From the NCBI GenBank assembly GCA_041746575.1, contig JBGTGT010000086.1:1-29412 (forward strand): a stretch of 29,412 nucleotides of DNA, in the 5' to 3' direction. Shown here one piece after another: positions 19,628 through 29,412 of the stretch. The stretch comes from Microcystaceae cyanobacterium (GTDB taxonomy: Bacteria; Cyanobacteriota; Cyanobacteriia; Cyanobacteriales; Microcystaceae). The translations under genes were made by a program, and so were the position numbers. The notes beneath the pieces are model-generated. The model worked only from the letters and a program-made list of their open reading frames with translations. It had not been told where the DNA came from and ran no database searches. The stretch's first letter is position 1, and each line of letters starts with the position of its first letter.

Positions 19628-19664
19628 GTCCGTTGATTTCCCGAAACAAGGAGGTGAGACAATC

Positions 19665-20228
19665 GTGGGAAGAACCAGAGAAGGTAAAAACGCCATTGTG
19701 GCAGACCTAAAGGAAGCCTTGGGTGACACTCAGTTAGCGGTGGTCATCGATTATCAAGGCTTATCTGTGTCCGAAATGGGTGAATTACGCAATCGCTTAC
19801 GTCCAATTGGGGCAACCTGTAAGGTGACGAAAAATACCTTGATGCGTTTGGCAGTAGAAAATGATGAGAATTGGCAACCAATGACCCAATTTCTGAAAGG
19901 ATCTTCTGCTTTCCTCCTCGTCAAAGATGATATTGGCGGTGCGGTACGAGCTTATCAAGGCTTTAAGAAAGACCTCAAAAAAACCGAGTTTCGCGGCGGA
20001 GTCATGCAAGGCCAAGCCCTCAATGAGGAACAGGTCAAAGCGATCGCCGATTTACCGTCCAAAGAGGAACTCATCGCTCAAGTGGCCGGTGCGCTCAATT
20101 CCATTGCCACAAAATTGGCTGTGGGACTCAATCAAGTACCGACTTCAGTGGCGCGGGGCATCAACGAAGTGCCTTCTTCACTGGGACGAGTTTTCCAAGC
20201 GGTAGCTCAACAAAAAGAGAGCAACTAA
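19665..20228 (+). CDS. rplJ: 50S ribosomal protein L10
   Basis: GTG start after AGGAGGT; DYQGLSVSEM..LR, KVTKNTL and LPSKEELIAQ motifs. Confidence 0.97.
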   Translation: MGRTREGKNAIVADLKEALGDTQLAVVIDYQGLSVSEMGELRNRLRPIGATCKVTKNTLMRLAVENDENWQPMTQFLKGSSAFLLVKDDIGGAVRAYQGFKKDLKKTEFRGGVMQGQALNEEQVKAIADLPSKEELIAQVAGALNSIATKLAVGLNQVPTSVARGINEVPSSLGRVFQAVAQQKESN

Positions 20229-20282
20229 TTCCCTCATTTTTTCGTTCATTTCATTTTTTTTGATTGTAAAGGAGTTTTATCC

Positions 20283-20681
20283 ATGTCTACTGCTGTTGAA
20301 GAAATCTTAGAAAAGCTCAAGTCTCTATCTTTATTAGAAGCCTCTGAATTGGTCAAAGGCATTGAGGAAACCTTTGGTGTTAGTGCGGCCGCTCCGGCGG
20401 GTGGCATGATGATGGCGGCTCCGGCGGCAGGAGGGGCGGCGGCGGCTCCGGCCGAAGTCGTCGAAGAGAAGACCGAATTTGATGTTGTCCTCGAAGATGC
20501 AGGTACTGAGAAAATCAAGGTTCTCAAGGAAGTTCGCACCATCACCGGATTAGGTCTCAAAGAAGCCAAAGATTTGGTTGAATCTACGCCGAAACCCGTT
20601 AAAGAGGGTGCTACTAAAGAGGAAGCTGAAGAGATCAAGAAAAAACTAGAAGCTGTTGGCGCAAAAGTTAGCGTTAAATAA
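20283..20681 (+). CDS. rplL: 50S ribosomal protein L7/L12
   Basis: [10 protein letters not shown] hinge, [10 protein letters not shown] and [12 protein letters not shown]. Confidence 0.99.
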   Translation: MSTAVEEILEKLKSLSLLEASELVKGIEETFGVSAAAPAGGMMMAAPAAGGAAAAPAEVVEEKTEFDVVLEDAGTEKIKVLKEVRTITGLGLKEAKDLVESTPKPVKEGATKEEAEEIKKKLEAVGAKVSVK

Positions 20682-20726
20682 CGGTATTTAACCTCAAGTC
20701 CAACATCTGAAAAAACTCACTTTAAA

Positions 20727-20753
20727 CCCCTCCCCTCATGGCGAGGGGCTTTT
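20727..20753 (+). terminator. Intrinsic terminator after rplL
   Basis: CCCCTC...GAGGGG stem followed by CTTTT. Confidence 0.65.
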
Positions 20754-20767
20754 AAATGCCCTGTCCT

Positions 20768-20919
20768 ACGTGAGTTCGACGAGGGCAATTATCTCGATTT
20801 TTTTGTCCATTCTCATTGGGATTAGGAAAAAAACAAATTCTTGATTGGGGGACTAGCCCCCCAAACAAAAAAATTAAATAAAGAAGACTCGTAGATTTTC
20901 TGATTGTCGAACTCACGTT
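20768..20919 (-). mobile_element. MITE copy 2 (152 bp), inverted relative to copy 1
   Basis: Same 13-bp TIRs (20768-20780, 20906-20918). The reverse complement aligns to 148-312 with a 10-bp internal deletion, two small indels and a few substitutions. Flanked by a TCCT(A) direct repeat. Confidence 0.92.
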
Positions 20920-21075
20920 ATCCTACCATTTTGGGGGATTTGACCGCTCAAATTTTCATAACATAGATAGGGATGAATTGAGAGAAATTATCAGCAAATT
21001 GAAAAGGCAATCGCTAAAAAATAACAATTGCCCCGATTTTAATCTATTTTCTGTTCTATCCGTGGGAGCTTTTTG

Positions 21076-22257
21076 TTAAGAATCCTTCGCGACGTGTCCA
21101 TTCTCCGTGATACTGCCTCGTTCTTCAATGGGAATATAGGCCGTATTGTGTTCCCCGATATAAATTTGCGTTGGGCGGAAAATGCGATTGACGGCTAACT
21201 GTTCTTTCCAGTGAGCCAACCATCCTGCCACCCGAGCGATCGCAAATAAGGGGGTATATAAATCTTCAGGAATGCCCAATTTTCGATAGACTAAGCCGGA
21301 ATAGAAATCTACATTGGGATAAATGCCCTTTTGTCCTAAATGTTCTTCTACCACCTTTTCCAATTCAACGGCGATCGCATAATACTCATCCCGTCCCTTT
21401 TTCTCGAATAATTGTTCCGCTAACTCTTGCAGAATTGTGGCGCGGGGATCTTTCACTTTATAAACCCTATGACCAAATCCCATGATTTTCTGCTTATTCG
21501 CCACACATTTCTCGACATAAGAACGCACATTTTCTACTGTGCCAATCTCCTCTAACATAATTAATACTTCTTCGTTGGCTCCCCCATGTAGGGGGCCAGC
21601 AAGTGTTCCTACTGCCGAGGCAATCACGCCATAGGGGTCGGTTAAGGTCGAGGCCGTCACCATGGCCGAGAACGTCGAAGCATTCATCGTATGTTCTGCA
21701 TGAAGCGTGAGGCAAACGTCAAAAATCTTAGCCGCAAGGGGATCTGGCTTTCTTTCGGTTAACATATACAGAAAATTAGCCGCATAATCTAGATTGTCAT
21801 TCGGCTGAATCGGGTCGTTACCTTTGCGCATTTGACTAAATGCCGCCACCATCGTCGGAATTTTTGCTAATAAGCGCACTACCGCCTTAAAAATGTATTC
21901 TGGATCATCTAACGCCCGACGGGAGTAAAATAAGCCTAAAGCCGCCGCAGAGGTTTGTAAAGCATCCATGGGATGTCCTGTCTCAGGAAAACACTTCATC
22001 ATGTCCCGAATATGGTATTTAATGCGGCGATGATAACGAATTTCAGCTTCAAATGCTTCCAATTCCTCTTGAGTCGGTAATTTACCCCAAATGAGAAGAT
22101 AAGCTACCTCAATAAAGCTACTTTTCTCTGCCAACTCATTAATACTAATGCCTCGATATTCTAGCAGACCTTTTTGCCCATCGACGTAACTAATACTAGA
22201 ACGGGCGGCGGGAATATTTTCTAAACCGGGAACATAGTCACAAGCAGATACAGCCAT
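21076..22257 (-). CDS. gltA: Citrate synthase
   Basis: LHAEHTMNASTF, GPLHGGANE, MGFGHRVYK and YPNVDFYSG motifs. Confidence 0.98.
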   Translation of the reverse strand: MAVSACDYVPGLENIPAARSSISYVDGQKGLLEYRGISINELAEKSSFIEVAYLLIWGKLPTQEELEAFEAEIRYHRRIKYHIRDMMKCFPETGHPMDALQTSAAALGLFYSRRALDDPEYIFKAVVRLLAKIPTMVAAFSQMRKGNDPIQPNDNLDYAANFLYMLTERKPDPLAAKIFDVCLTLHAEHTMNASTFSAMVTASTLTDPYGVIASAVGTLAGPLHGGANEEVLIMLEEIGTVENVRSYVEKCVANKQKIMGFGHRVYKVKDPRATILQELAEQLFEKKGRDEYYAIAVELEKVVEEHLGQKGIYPNVDFYSGLVYRKLGIPEDLYTPLFAIARVAGWLAHWKEQLAVNRIFRPTQIYIGEHNTAYIPIEERGSITENGHVAKDS

Positions 22258-22368
22258 AACTTCACCTATGATGTTTGCAACGTAAAAAATAACAAGCTTG
22301 AAGTTACTTTACCCCAGAATTCTGATGGTGCTTCGTTTTGGTAGAGATTCTTTAAGGTTCATCTATCG

Positions 22369-22866
22369 CTATAGCAACCATTTCGGAGAGATCAGTAAAT
22401 GTAATTCACTCTCACCGATAGGGTTAAGGGTAACGGGTAAGGTTAAACCGATGATTCCCGCTTTTTTAACCACCAATTTATCCCGTGAGTTTCCCCACAC
22501 GAGGAATTCTGCCCATTGGCCTAAATCGGGTTGATGACCGACAAGGGCAAGGCAACTTTCTTCTTTATTGTACCGAGAATTTTGCCACCAGTTCACCCAA
22601 TCTTTGAGGTTTCCGGTGGGTGCTAAGGGAGAAAATATCTCAATTTGATGACATAAGCCCCCCTCTCGCAAAATTTTGGCGGTTTCTTGCGCTCTCAGCA
22701 GAGGACTGGTCAAAATGAGGTCAAATTTGATACCCATCTGCTGTAAACGTTGTGCCACTTCAAGGGTTTTATGCTGTCCTTTTTCTGTGAGAGGTCGTAA
22801 TTCATCATTTTCAACCGTCCCTCTTTCGGCCGCAATGCCGTGACGAATCAAATAAAGTTGAGTCAT
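22369..22866 (-). CDS. sixA: Phosphohistidine phosphatase SixA
   Basis: LYLIRHGIA (RHG motif), RPLT, TSPLLRAQETA and LVGHQP. Confidence 0.95.
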   Translation of the reverse strand: MTQLYLIRHGIAAERGTVENDELRPLTEKGQHKTLEVAQRLQQMGIKFDLILTSPLLRAQETAKILREGGLCHQIEIFSPLAPTGNLKDWVNWWQNSRYNKEESCLALVGHQPDLGQWAEFLVWGNSRDKLVVKKAGIIGLTLPVTLNPIGESELHLLISPKWLL

Positions 22867-22992
22867 TTTAAAGAAAGGCGAGTCCTTAATAAAGTGGGCA
22901 ATTTAGGTTAATTCACCTTTGATTTTAACTAAATTCAAAAAAATTAGGATTTGGGATAAACGCTCAATCATCCGTGCTAAAAAAACAAAATT

Positions 22993-24834
22993 TTATGGAG
23001 TATTTAAGGTTTTTTTCGGAGCTTCGGGCGGTTTTTTACGAAAATAGGCTTCCATGACCTGCTTTACCATGGGACCAGCCACTGAACCGCCTCCTCCTCC
23101 CGTGTGTTCTCCAAAAGCCACGACCACAATTTCGGGACGATCAAAGGGAGCGAACGCACCAAACCAAGTATGAGTTTTTCCGGGGGGGGCTTCCGCCGTT
23201 CCGCTTTTACCGGCCATCGGGGGTAAATAGGCTACATTGACGGCTTTGCCGGTGCCACTTGTTACCACTGCCCGTAAGCCTTCCCGTAGGGTTTTAAGGG
23301 TTGTAGGCTTTAAATTAAGGGATTTTCGCTGTTTTTCGAGGACTTCATCTTTTTTCAGAAAATGAGGAACAACCCGATAACCCCCATTGGCTGCTACCGC
23401 AAGCATCACTGCCACCTGTAGGGGTGTAGCGAGGGTAAACCCTTGCCCAATGGACATATTAATCGTATCGCCCACCGTCCATTCCCAATTATCAAAATTG
23501 CGCCGCTTCCAAGCATCGTCAGCAATTAAGCCTTTAGATTCTTCGGGTAAGCCAATGCCTGTTTTTGACCCAAATCCATACAACCGCGCCCACTTAATTA
23601 AAGTCGGCCCGCCCACCCCTCGACCAATCTGACCATGAAACGTATTACTACTCCAAGCCATGGCGCGCACATAACCCATTGGGCCAAAACCCGCCCGATT
23701 CCATTCTCCAAAAGCCGTGCCACCAACTCTGAGGTAAGCGAAGGTATTGAGAATCGTATTGGGAGGATATTTGCCCGATTCCATACCTGCCGTCGCCGTT
23801 ACTACTTTAAAAGTTGAAGCGGGGGGAAATCCTCGTAGAGAGCGATTCAAGAAAGGATTACCTTTTTTTTGGAGACTTTTCCACGTATCGGCGGTAATAG
23901 GTCCTGAAAAGATATTGGGATCAAAGGTAGGGGTACTGGCCATAGCAATAATTCCCCCTGTACGGGGGTCGATGGCAACAATTGCACCTAAACGATTACC
24001 GAGGGCAGTTTCGGCGGCTTTTTGCGTTTCTAAATCCAGTGCTAGGGTAAGATTTTGACCTGCTTGAGCTTCAATTTGACCCAAAAGTTGCATAATCCGT
24101 CCTGATCCATCTACTTCCAACTGCTGCCCTCCCCATTCTCCCCTCAGAAGAGATTCATGGAGATATTCAACCCCCATTTTTCCCATGACGTCCCCTAAGC
24201 GATATCCTTGCAAGCGTCGTTCTTCTAGTTCCTCTTTATTCAATTCCCCCGTATATCCTAAAACATGAGCGGCGAGGGACTTATTCGGGTAATAGCGAAT
24301 GGCTTCTTGATCGATCTCAATGGCATTTTGCAATTCACTGCCATACTCTGCTAAAGCCGTAATTTGAGATGGGGTGAGATTGCGAGCGACTCGAATTAAG
24401 GTAGGGGAGTTGTAGCCTGCTTCTTCTACTTTTTGGCGTAATTCTGCTTCAGGGATTCCCAATATTTGAGATAAACGCTTAATTTTCGCTGGCCAATCGG
24501 GTTGTAATTGAATTCTGGGCCACAAATAAGCGACATGGGAAAGACGCGTCGTCGCTAAAATCTTGCCTTGGCGATCTAAAATATTACCTCGCACCGGAGG
24601 CTTTGGGACAATGCGAATACGGTTATTTTCAGCCCTTTCTCGAAACTCATTCCCTTCTAGTAACTGTAAATAGCCCAAACGAACACCAATTCCGCCAAAA
24701 ATCGCTAAACTCAGCAAAATCATCAGCGTCCATCCTCGATACTGCCCCCCCACGGTACGACTATCCTTTTGTCGTTGTCGGAGAGTAGCGTAAGTTGTTG
24801 CAGAGAGGGGTCGGGCTTTAGGCAAAGAAGGCAT
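22993..24834 (-). CDS. mrdA: Penicillin-binding protein 2
   Basis: N-terminal TM, PPVRGNILDR dimerisation domain, and transpeptidase motifs STFK, SSN and KSGTAE. Confidence 0.93.
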   Translation of the reverse strand: MPSLPKARPLSATTYATLRQRQKDSRTVGGQYRGWTLMILLSLAIFGGIGVRLGYLQLLEGNEFRERAENNRIRIVPKPPVRGNILDRQGKILATTRLSHVAYLWPRIQLQPDWPAKIKRLSQILGIPEAELRQKVEEAGYNSPTLIRVARNLTPSQITALAEYGSELQNAIEIDQEAIRYYPNKSLAAHVLGYTGELNKEELEERRLQGYRLGDVMGKMGVEYLHESLLRGEWGGQQLEVDGSGRIMQLLGQIEAQAGQNLTLALDLETQKAAETALGNRLGAIVAIDPRTGGIIAMASTPTFDPNIFSGPITADTWKSLQKKGNPFLNRSLRGFPPASTFKVVTATAGMESGKYPPNTILNTFAYLRVGGTAFGEWNRAGFGPMGYVRAMAWSSNTFHGQIGRGVGGPTLIKWARLYGFGSKTGIGLPEESKGLIADDAWKRRNFDNWEWTVGDTINMSIGQGFTLATPLQVAVMLAVAANGGYRVVPHFLKKDEVLEKQRKSLNLKPTTLKTLREGLRAVVTSGTGKAVNVAYLPPMAGKSGTAEAPPGKTHTWFGAFAPFDRPEIVVVAFGEHTGGGGGSVAGPMVKQVMEAYFRKKPPEAPKKTLNTP

Positions 24835-25019
24835 AATAATGAATAATTCAGCGTAAATATATTTAAAATCGGCTTATTTTATGATTCATTTAACGATAAG
24901 ACCGCAATGACCCTTTTCGACTTTTACAAAGTTAACAGTTGTCTTAAAAAGAAAAACTTGATACATCTTAATCTAATTTTGGGCATACTGAGGACGAAGA
25001 ATTACCCCGTTATTGATCT

Positions 25020-26549
25020 ATGTTAGCAAGGGTTTGGAGTGCTTCCCTTTTGGGCATTGATGCCCTCCAAGTCGGTGTGGAAGTTGATGTCTCTGGAGGA
25101 CTGCCATCCATTACGGTGGTGGGATTGCCGGATACTGCCGTTCAAGAATCACGAGAAAGGGTGAAAGCCTCTTTAAAGAATGCTGGATTTGCCTTTCCTG
25201 TACGTAAAATTGTCATTAATTTAACGCCGGCGGATGTGCGTAAAGAAGGCCCCAGTTTTGACTTACCTATCAGTGTGGGCATTTTAGCGGCATCTGAGCA
25301 AGTAGATGCTCAATTATTAGGAGATTATTTATTTTTAGGGGAACTCTCCCTCGATGGCAGTCTGCGGCCAGTGGCAGGGGTTTTACCGATCGCAGCAGTG
25401 GCGAAACGCTTGGGCATCACCGGCTTGGTTGTTCCCATGGATAACGCTCAAGAAGCGTCAGTGGTGAAGGATTTGAAGGTATATGGCTTTAATCACTTAA
25501 CGGATGTGGTGCAATTTCTCGGTCATCCCGAAAAGTATCCCCCGATGACGTTAAACCCGAAACAGTCTTGGGCAGAAACCTTGTCATCAAAACCTGACCT
25601 AAAAGACGTCAAAGGACAATATCACGGTCGTAGGGCTTTAGAAATTGCGGCCGCCGGAGGTCATAATTTAATCTTTGTCGGCCCTCCTGGCAGTGGGAAG
25701 ACCCTATTGGCTCGACGTTTACCGGGGATTTTACCCGACTTAACCTTTGAGGAAGCCCTAGAAGTCTCCCAAATTCACTCTGTGGCAGGTTTGTTAAAAA
25801 ATCGGGGATCTTTGGTTCAATCTCGTCCTTTTCGTAGTCCCCATCACTCAGCGTCTGGTCCTAGTTTAGTCGGCGGGGGATCGATCCCTAAACCGGGAGA
25901 AATTTCCTTAGCCCATCGAGGGGTCTTATTTTTAGACGAATTAACCGAATTTAAGCGCAATGTTTTGGAATTTTTGCGACAGCCCCTCGAAGATGGTTAC
26001 GTTACGATTTCCCGAACCCGTCAATCGCTTTGTTTTCCTGCACAGTTTACCTTAGTCGCTAGTACCAATCCTTGTCCCTGTGGGTATTACGGCGATTCTC
26101 TACAGCCTTGTACCTGTTCGGCTCGATTAAGAGAGCAGTATTGGGCAAAATTATCGGGTCCTTTATTAGACCGTATTGACCTTCAAGTTTTGGTTTCTCG
26201 CTTAAAACCCGAAGAAATGACCCAAAATATCGATGGAGAACCGTCTCATGTCGTCAGGGAACGGGTCAAGCAAGCTAGAGACATTGCTTATGGTCGCTTC
26301 AAGGACGATCCAAAAGTGCGCTGTAATGCGGAGATGCAAATCTCTCATTTACGTCAATTCTGTGTCTTGGATGACTCTAGCCGTCAATTATTAGAAAATG
26401 CAATTCGCAAATTGGGTTTATCAGCGAGGGCGATGGATCGCATTTTGAAAGTTTCCCGCACAATCGCCGATTTAGCGGCAGAAGATAGCCTCAAAAGTCA
26501 CCACATTGCCGAAGCGATTCAGTATCGTACGCTTGACCGCTTACAATGA
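25020..26549 (+). CDS. comM: YifB/ComM family Mg-chelatase-like AAA+ ATPase
   Basis: VGLPDTAVQESRERV, GPPGSGKT, RPFRSPHHSAS, LFLDEL and NPCPCG motifs. Confidence 0.95.
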   Translation: MLARVWSASLLGIDALQVGVEVDVSGGLPSITVVGLPDTAVQESRERVKASLKNAGFAFPVRKIVINLTPADVRKEGPSFDLPISVGILAASEQVDAQLLGDYLFLGELSLDGSLRPVAGVLPIAAVAKRLGITGLVVPMDNAQEASVVKDLKVYGFNHLTDVVQFLGHPEKYPPMTLNPKQSWAETLSSKPDLKDVKGQYHGRRALEIAAAGGHNLIFVGPPGSGKTLLARRLPGILPDLTFEEALEVSQIHSVAGLLKNRGSLVQSRPFRSPHHSASGPSLVGGGSIPKPGEISLAHRGVLFLDELTEFKRNVLEFLRQPLEDGYVTISRTRQSLCFPAQFTLVASTNPCPCGYYGDSLQPCTCSARLREQYWAKLSGPLLDRIDLQVLVSRLKPEEMTQNIDGEPSHVVRERVKQARDIAYGRFKDDPKVRCNAEMQISHLRQFCVLDDSSRQLLENAIRKLGLSARAMDRILKVSRTIADLAAEDSLKSHHIAEAIQYRTLDRLQ

Positions 26550-27959
26550 GAGGGAAATTAAGGGCAGGTCTAGCACCCAAATTTTAGGATTTACTGTCGG
26601 GAAAATCTATATACGCTCAAAAAAATGGTGAATTTGCGGGAAAAATTGGGTAAGTTACGTTAAAGAGAGGTATGCCATCAAAGGAGTTTTTTCTTGAATA
26701 CTTGTCAGTGCCTCAATCCAGATTGTTTACGTCAAAATAAGATCGCCCATCAATCCTGTGACAAATGTGGTGCAAAATTACGCTTGGGGGATCGTTATCG
26801 GGCCACCCATATTATTGGCCAAGGGACATTTGGTCGAACTTTTGCGGCGGTCGATGAACACCGTTTAAATGCCCCTGTGTAATCAAGCAATTTATCTTTA
26901 TAGCATCCAGTGAGGGAATGCTCAACAAAGCCATTGACTCTTTTAAAAAAGAAGCAGAAACTCTTTTTGAACTGGGTAAGCATCCACAAATCCCTGATTT
27001 ATTGGCATTTTTTGAACAAGAAAATCGTCTCTATCTTGTCCAAGAATGTATTAATGGCCATGACCTCTTTAAAGAATTAAGTCAAAAAAACTATTTTTCA
27101 GAAGCAGAAATTAACCAATTTTTATTCAGTCTATTACCCGTTTTGCATTTTGTTCATCAAAGAAAAATTATTCACCGCGATATTAAACCCGAAAATATAA
27201 TTTGTCGTCAAGATGGGGTTCTTATCCTAGTAGATTTTGGGGTGTCTAAACAACTGACCTCCAGTATTACTACCCGCATCGGCACAACGACAGGAACCTT
27301 AGGCTATGCTCCTCCTGAGCAATTAAGAGGGAGAGTCTATCCCGCTAGTGATCTTTATGCGTTAGGGATTACCGCCATTCGTCTCCTGACAGGATGTGTT
27401 CCCACGCAACAAAATAATGCTGTCGTCGATGAAATCTACGATTCTTTAGAAATGGAATGGACGTGGCAAGCTTACTTGGAGCAACAAGGGAGAGAAATTA
27501 GCCCCAATTTAGCACAAATTCTTGTGAAATTGACCCACGAAAAGGTCAAACTCCGTTATCAAACGGCTGAAGACATTTTACAGGAACTCAATGGGATTAA
27601 AAAAAATGTTCAAGGTATTGTCGGAACTCGTCAACCGTTACCGCTCAATCCCCTACCGCCGCCGCCTCTCCTTTTAGAGCCTAGATCGATGATGGTCGCC
27701 GAAAATCGCCATTTTCAAGGTCATGCTCTGAAAGATTTTGCTTTTGAAGTGGTTACTGTTAAAATGGGGCATTCAAGATTAGAATACACGATCAATAAAA
27801 GGGAATCTGCTTATTTTACCCTTGATTTATGGCAAAAAGCCACCTTAGACATGATTGCGATTCCTCCCGGTCGTTACTTAAGGGGATCATCCGATGATGA
27901 ACTCGGCAGTCGTCATAACGAACGCCCCGAACATTGGGTCGAAATTCCACCTTTCTATA

Positions 27960-28896
27960 GAGCCCATTTGAGATCTTTGACAGGTCTTAAGTTAAGCTAG
28001 TCAGAGCCGTCTAATCGAGTCACAATGACATATTCAAGCAGTCTTACTGACCCAGAATGGGAAATCGTTGAACCTCTTTTGCTTAAACTATTGCCTCCAA
28101 AAAAGCAAACACGTCCCCCTGATTGGACAAAACGAGAAATCCTAGATGGCATCTTCTACCCACTTAAGAATGGCTGCAATTGGGGAGACTTGCCCAAAGA
28201 CCTGCCTCCCTATTCAACGGTTTATTGGTATTACCAACAATGGCGAGACATTGGAGTAATCGAGAAACTGATGGATGCTTTACATCAACGAGTGCGCCAG
28301 CAGGTAAAAAAAAAAGCCAAGTGGACAACCTTGATTATCATTGATTCCCAAGCGGTGAAAAATACCTGTAATGCCAGGGTAGAAACCAAAGGTTTCTGTT
28401 TCTACAAGTCGACCAATGGAATTAAACGGCATCTAGCGGTGGATACATTGGGGTTTCCCTTTTTTACTCACTGTACCCCAGCCAATGTCACAGATGATAA
28501 AGGACTGATTGAAATGCTGACCCTCAACATTGACTATTTCCAGTCCAAGCCGGTAAATATTCCCAAGATCACCATCCTGTTAGACCATGGCTATCACCCA
28601 GACCACTTGAGGGAGGAATTAGAAAAGGTCTATCCTCAAATCATGACGAAAATTCAGTTTGAACTGTCAACAAAACCTTCAAAACAAGAAAAGGCAGCAC
28701 TTGGAAAATTAGGATTTGTTCCGGCCATAGCCAGATGGGTAATTGAACGTTCCAATGGGTGGATGGAGAGATGTAAGATTCTCGTCAAGAACTTTGAGAG
28801 AACTCTATCAAATGCGACGACAAAACTTAATCTTTGCTTTGTCAGACTAATGATTAAGAGGCTTGCCGCCTCTGGCTAGAGATCTCAAATAGGCTC
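27960..28896 (+). mobile_element. IS5-family insertion sequence (937 bp)
   Basis: TIRs GAGCCCATTTGAGATCT / AGATCTCAAATAGGCTC (16/17 match), flanked by TATA on both sides. Removing the element and one TATA restores the host frame PFYMGKY. Confidence 0.93.
28025..28879 (+). CDS. IS5-family DDE transposase (single 284-aa ORF)
   Basis: [53 protein letters not shown] and [10 protein letters not shown] motifs. Confidence 0.93.
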   Translation: MTYSSSLTDPEWEIVEPLLLKLLPPKKQTRPPDWTKREILDGIFYPLKNGCNWGDLPKDLPPYSTVYWYYQQWRDIGVIEKLMDALHQRVRQQVKKKAKWTTLIIIDSQAVKNTCNARVETKGFCFYKSTNGIKRHLAVDTLGFPFFTHCTPANVTDDKGLIEMLTLNIDYFQSKPVNIPKITILLDHGYHPDHLREELEKVYPQIMTKIQFELSTKPSKQEKAALGKLGFVPAIARWVIERSNGWMERCKILVKNFERTLSNATTKLNLCFVRLMIKRLAASG

Positions 28897-29049
28897 TATA
28901 TGGGGAAATATATCGTCACCCAAGCCCAATATCAAGCGGTTATGTATAAAAATCCCTCTTATTTTAAAGGGGAAAATCGCCCTGTTGAACAAGTATCTTG
29001 GCACGATAGCAGGGAATTTTGTCAGCGATTAATGGGACTTAAACAAAAA

Positions 29050-29412
29050 TCAACCCCAAACATAGCCTAAACTAGCTTTGTATCTAGCAAAGACATCCCT
29101 ATTGTGAGTTAACCAATCAAAGAAACGAAAAGACATAGCAGTACGAAAAGCTTCTAAAGCCTCAGTAAATGTCTCCAAAGATTTAGTTGCCCATCGCCTT
29201 TGTAGTCCTCCTGTTAGCTTGTGCCAAAGGACGGACATCTCACGATTCTGAGGTTTCCTCAGAATCCGTGTCCTCATAAAAGTATACGCACAAAATACCC
29301 AGACAAAATGACGTAAGAGACTATGTTTTCCTCGGACTTGGTATTCCTTTAATCCTAACCATCCTTTCGCTTCTCGGTAAAAAACTTCTACCCAATTTCT
29401 TTGAGAATAGGT
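29050..29412 (-). CDS. IS701-family transposase, C-terminal part, carrying a 15-codon insertion
   Basis: Open frame from the window edge: [41 protein letters not shown][[15 protein letters not shown]][33 protein letters not shown]. Confidence 0.82.
   Translation of the reverse strand, partial: TYSQRNWVEVFYREAKGWLGLKEYQVRGKHSLLRHFVWVFCAYTFMRTRILRKPQNREMSVLWHKLTGGLQRRWATKSLETFTEALEAFRTAMSFRFFDWLTHNRDVFARYKASLGYVWG
29231..29275 (-). mobile_element. 45-nt palindromic insertion inside the IS701 transposase (putative ultra-small mobile element)
   Basis: Perfect 10-bp stem GATTCTGAGG-TTT-CCTCAGAATC (29244-29266), extended by CAC/GTG. Its removal restores ACT TTT ATC CTT TGG CAC (TFILWH). No target duplication. 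Confidence 0.65.

Larger units (their letters stand above)
26694..29032 (+). pseudogene. Ser/Thr protein kinase - FGE/sulfatase-modifying-factor fusion gene, inactivated by frameshift, IS5 and IS701
   Basis: 4-Cys prefix (CLNPDC..CDKCG) and GQGTFGRT; a 1-nt deletion in the C run at 26872-26875 (adding it back restores NAPCVIKQF); HRDIKPEN/DFG/APPE kinase core; FGE domain ...ERPEHWVEIPPFY|IS5|[39 protein letters not shown]701. Confidence 0.92.
29033..29412 (-). mobile_element. IS701-family insertion sequence, 3' end (partial)
   Basis: FGE homology stops at ...CAGCGATTAA| and TGGGACTTAAACAAAAATCA begins. TTAA at 29029-29032 fits the YTAR-type IS701 target. The other end lies outside the window. 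Confidence 0.75.

Noticed and set aside
21076..22866. sixA-gltA pairing as a novel regulatory module
   Set aside because: This adjacency is a common cyanobacterial arrangement, and nothing in this copy is unusual.
24922..24939. HLR1-like sequence TTTACAAAGTTAACAGT between mrdA and comM
   Set aside because: The half-sites are 9 nt apart rather than the 10-nt period of HLR1.
29050..29277. Independent 75-aa protein starting MRTRILRK
   Set aside because: Its ATG is created by the junction of the 45-nt insertion. The frame continues upstream as the IS701 transposase.

Overview
Chromosomal window from a unicellular cyanobacterium (Chroococcales/Synechocystis-like by protein sequence; at least 10 HIP1 GCGATCGC sites). 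The core is housekeeping: tldD, kaiB-kaiC, a small hliD-like gene missed by the ORF track, flavin reductase, rhomboid protease, an OmpR-type regulator, a GHL10 glycoside hydrolase with a repetitive tail, lpxA-lpxB, surE, an MlaF-like ATPase, apcE, the rplS-tRNA(Trp)-secE-nusG-rplK-rplA-rplJ-rplL cluster, gltA, sixA, mrdA and comM/yifB. Both window ends are mobile-element graveyards. On the left are an IS200/IS605 tnpA end and a ~160-bp MITE inserted in a DUF29 pseudogene; a second MITE copy lies after rplL. On the right is a Ser/Thr kinase-FGE/sulfatase gene broken by a frameshift, an IS5 and an IS701. The most interesting observations are: (1) a canonical kaiB-kaiC pair with no kaiA upstream; (2) a 45-nt palindromic, TSD-less, frame-preserving insertion inside the IS701 transposase, resembling an ultra-small IS200/IS605-derived element; (3) an unannotated structured RNA with its own promoter, terminator and a hairpin-sequestered small ORF upstream of surE. 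No multi-gene novel system (defence island, CRISPR, prophage) is evident. All family assignments come from motif recognition, not from database searches.
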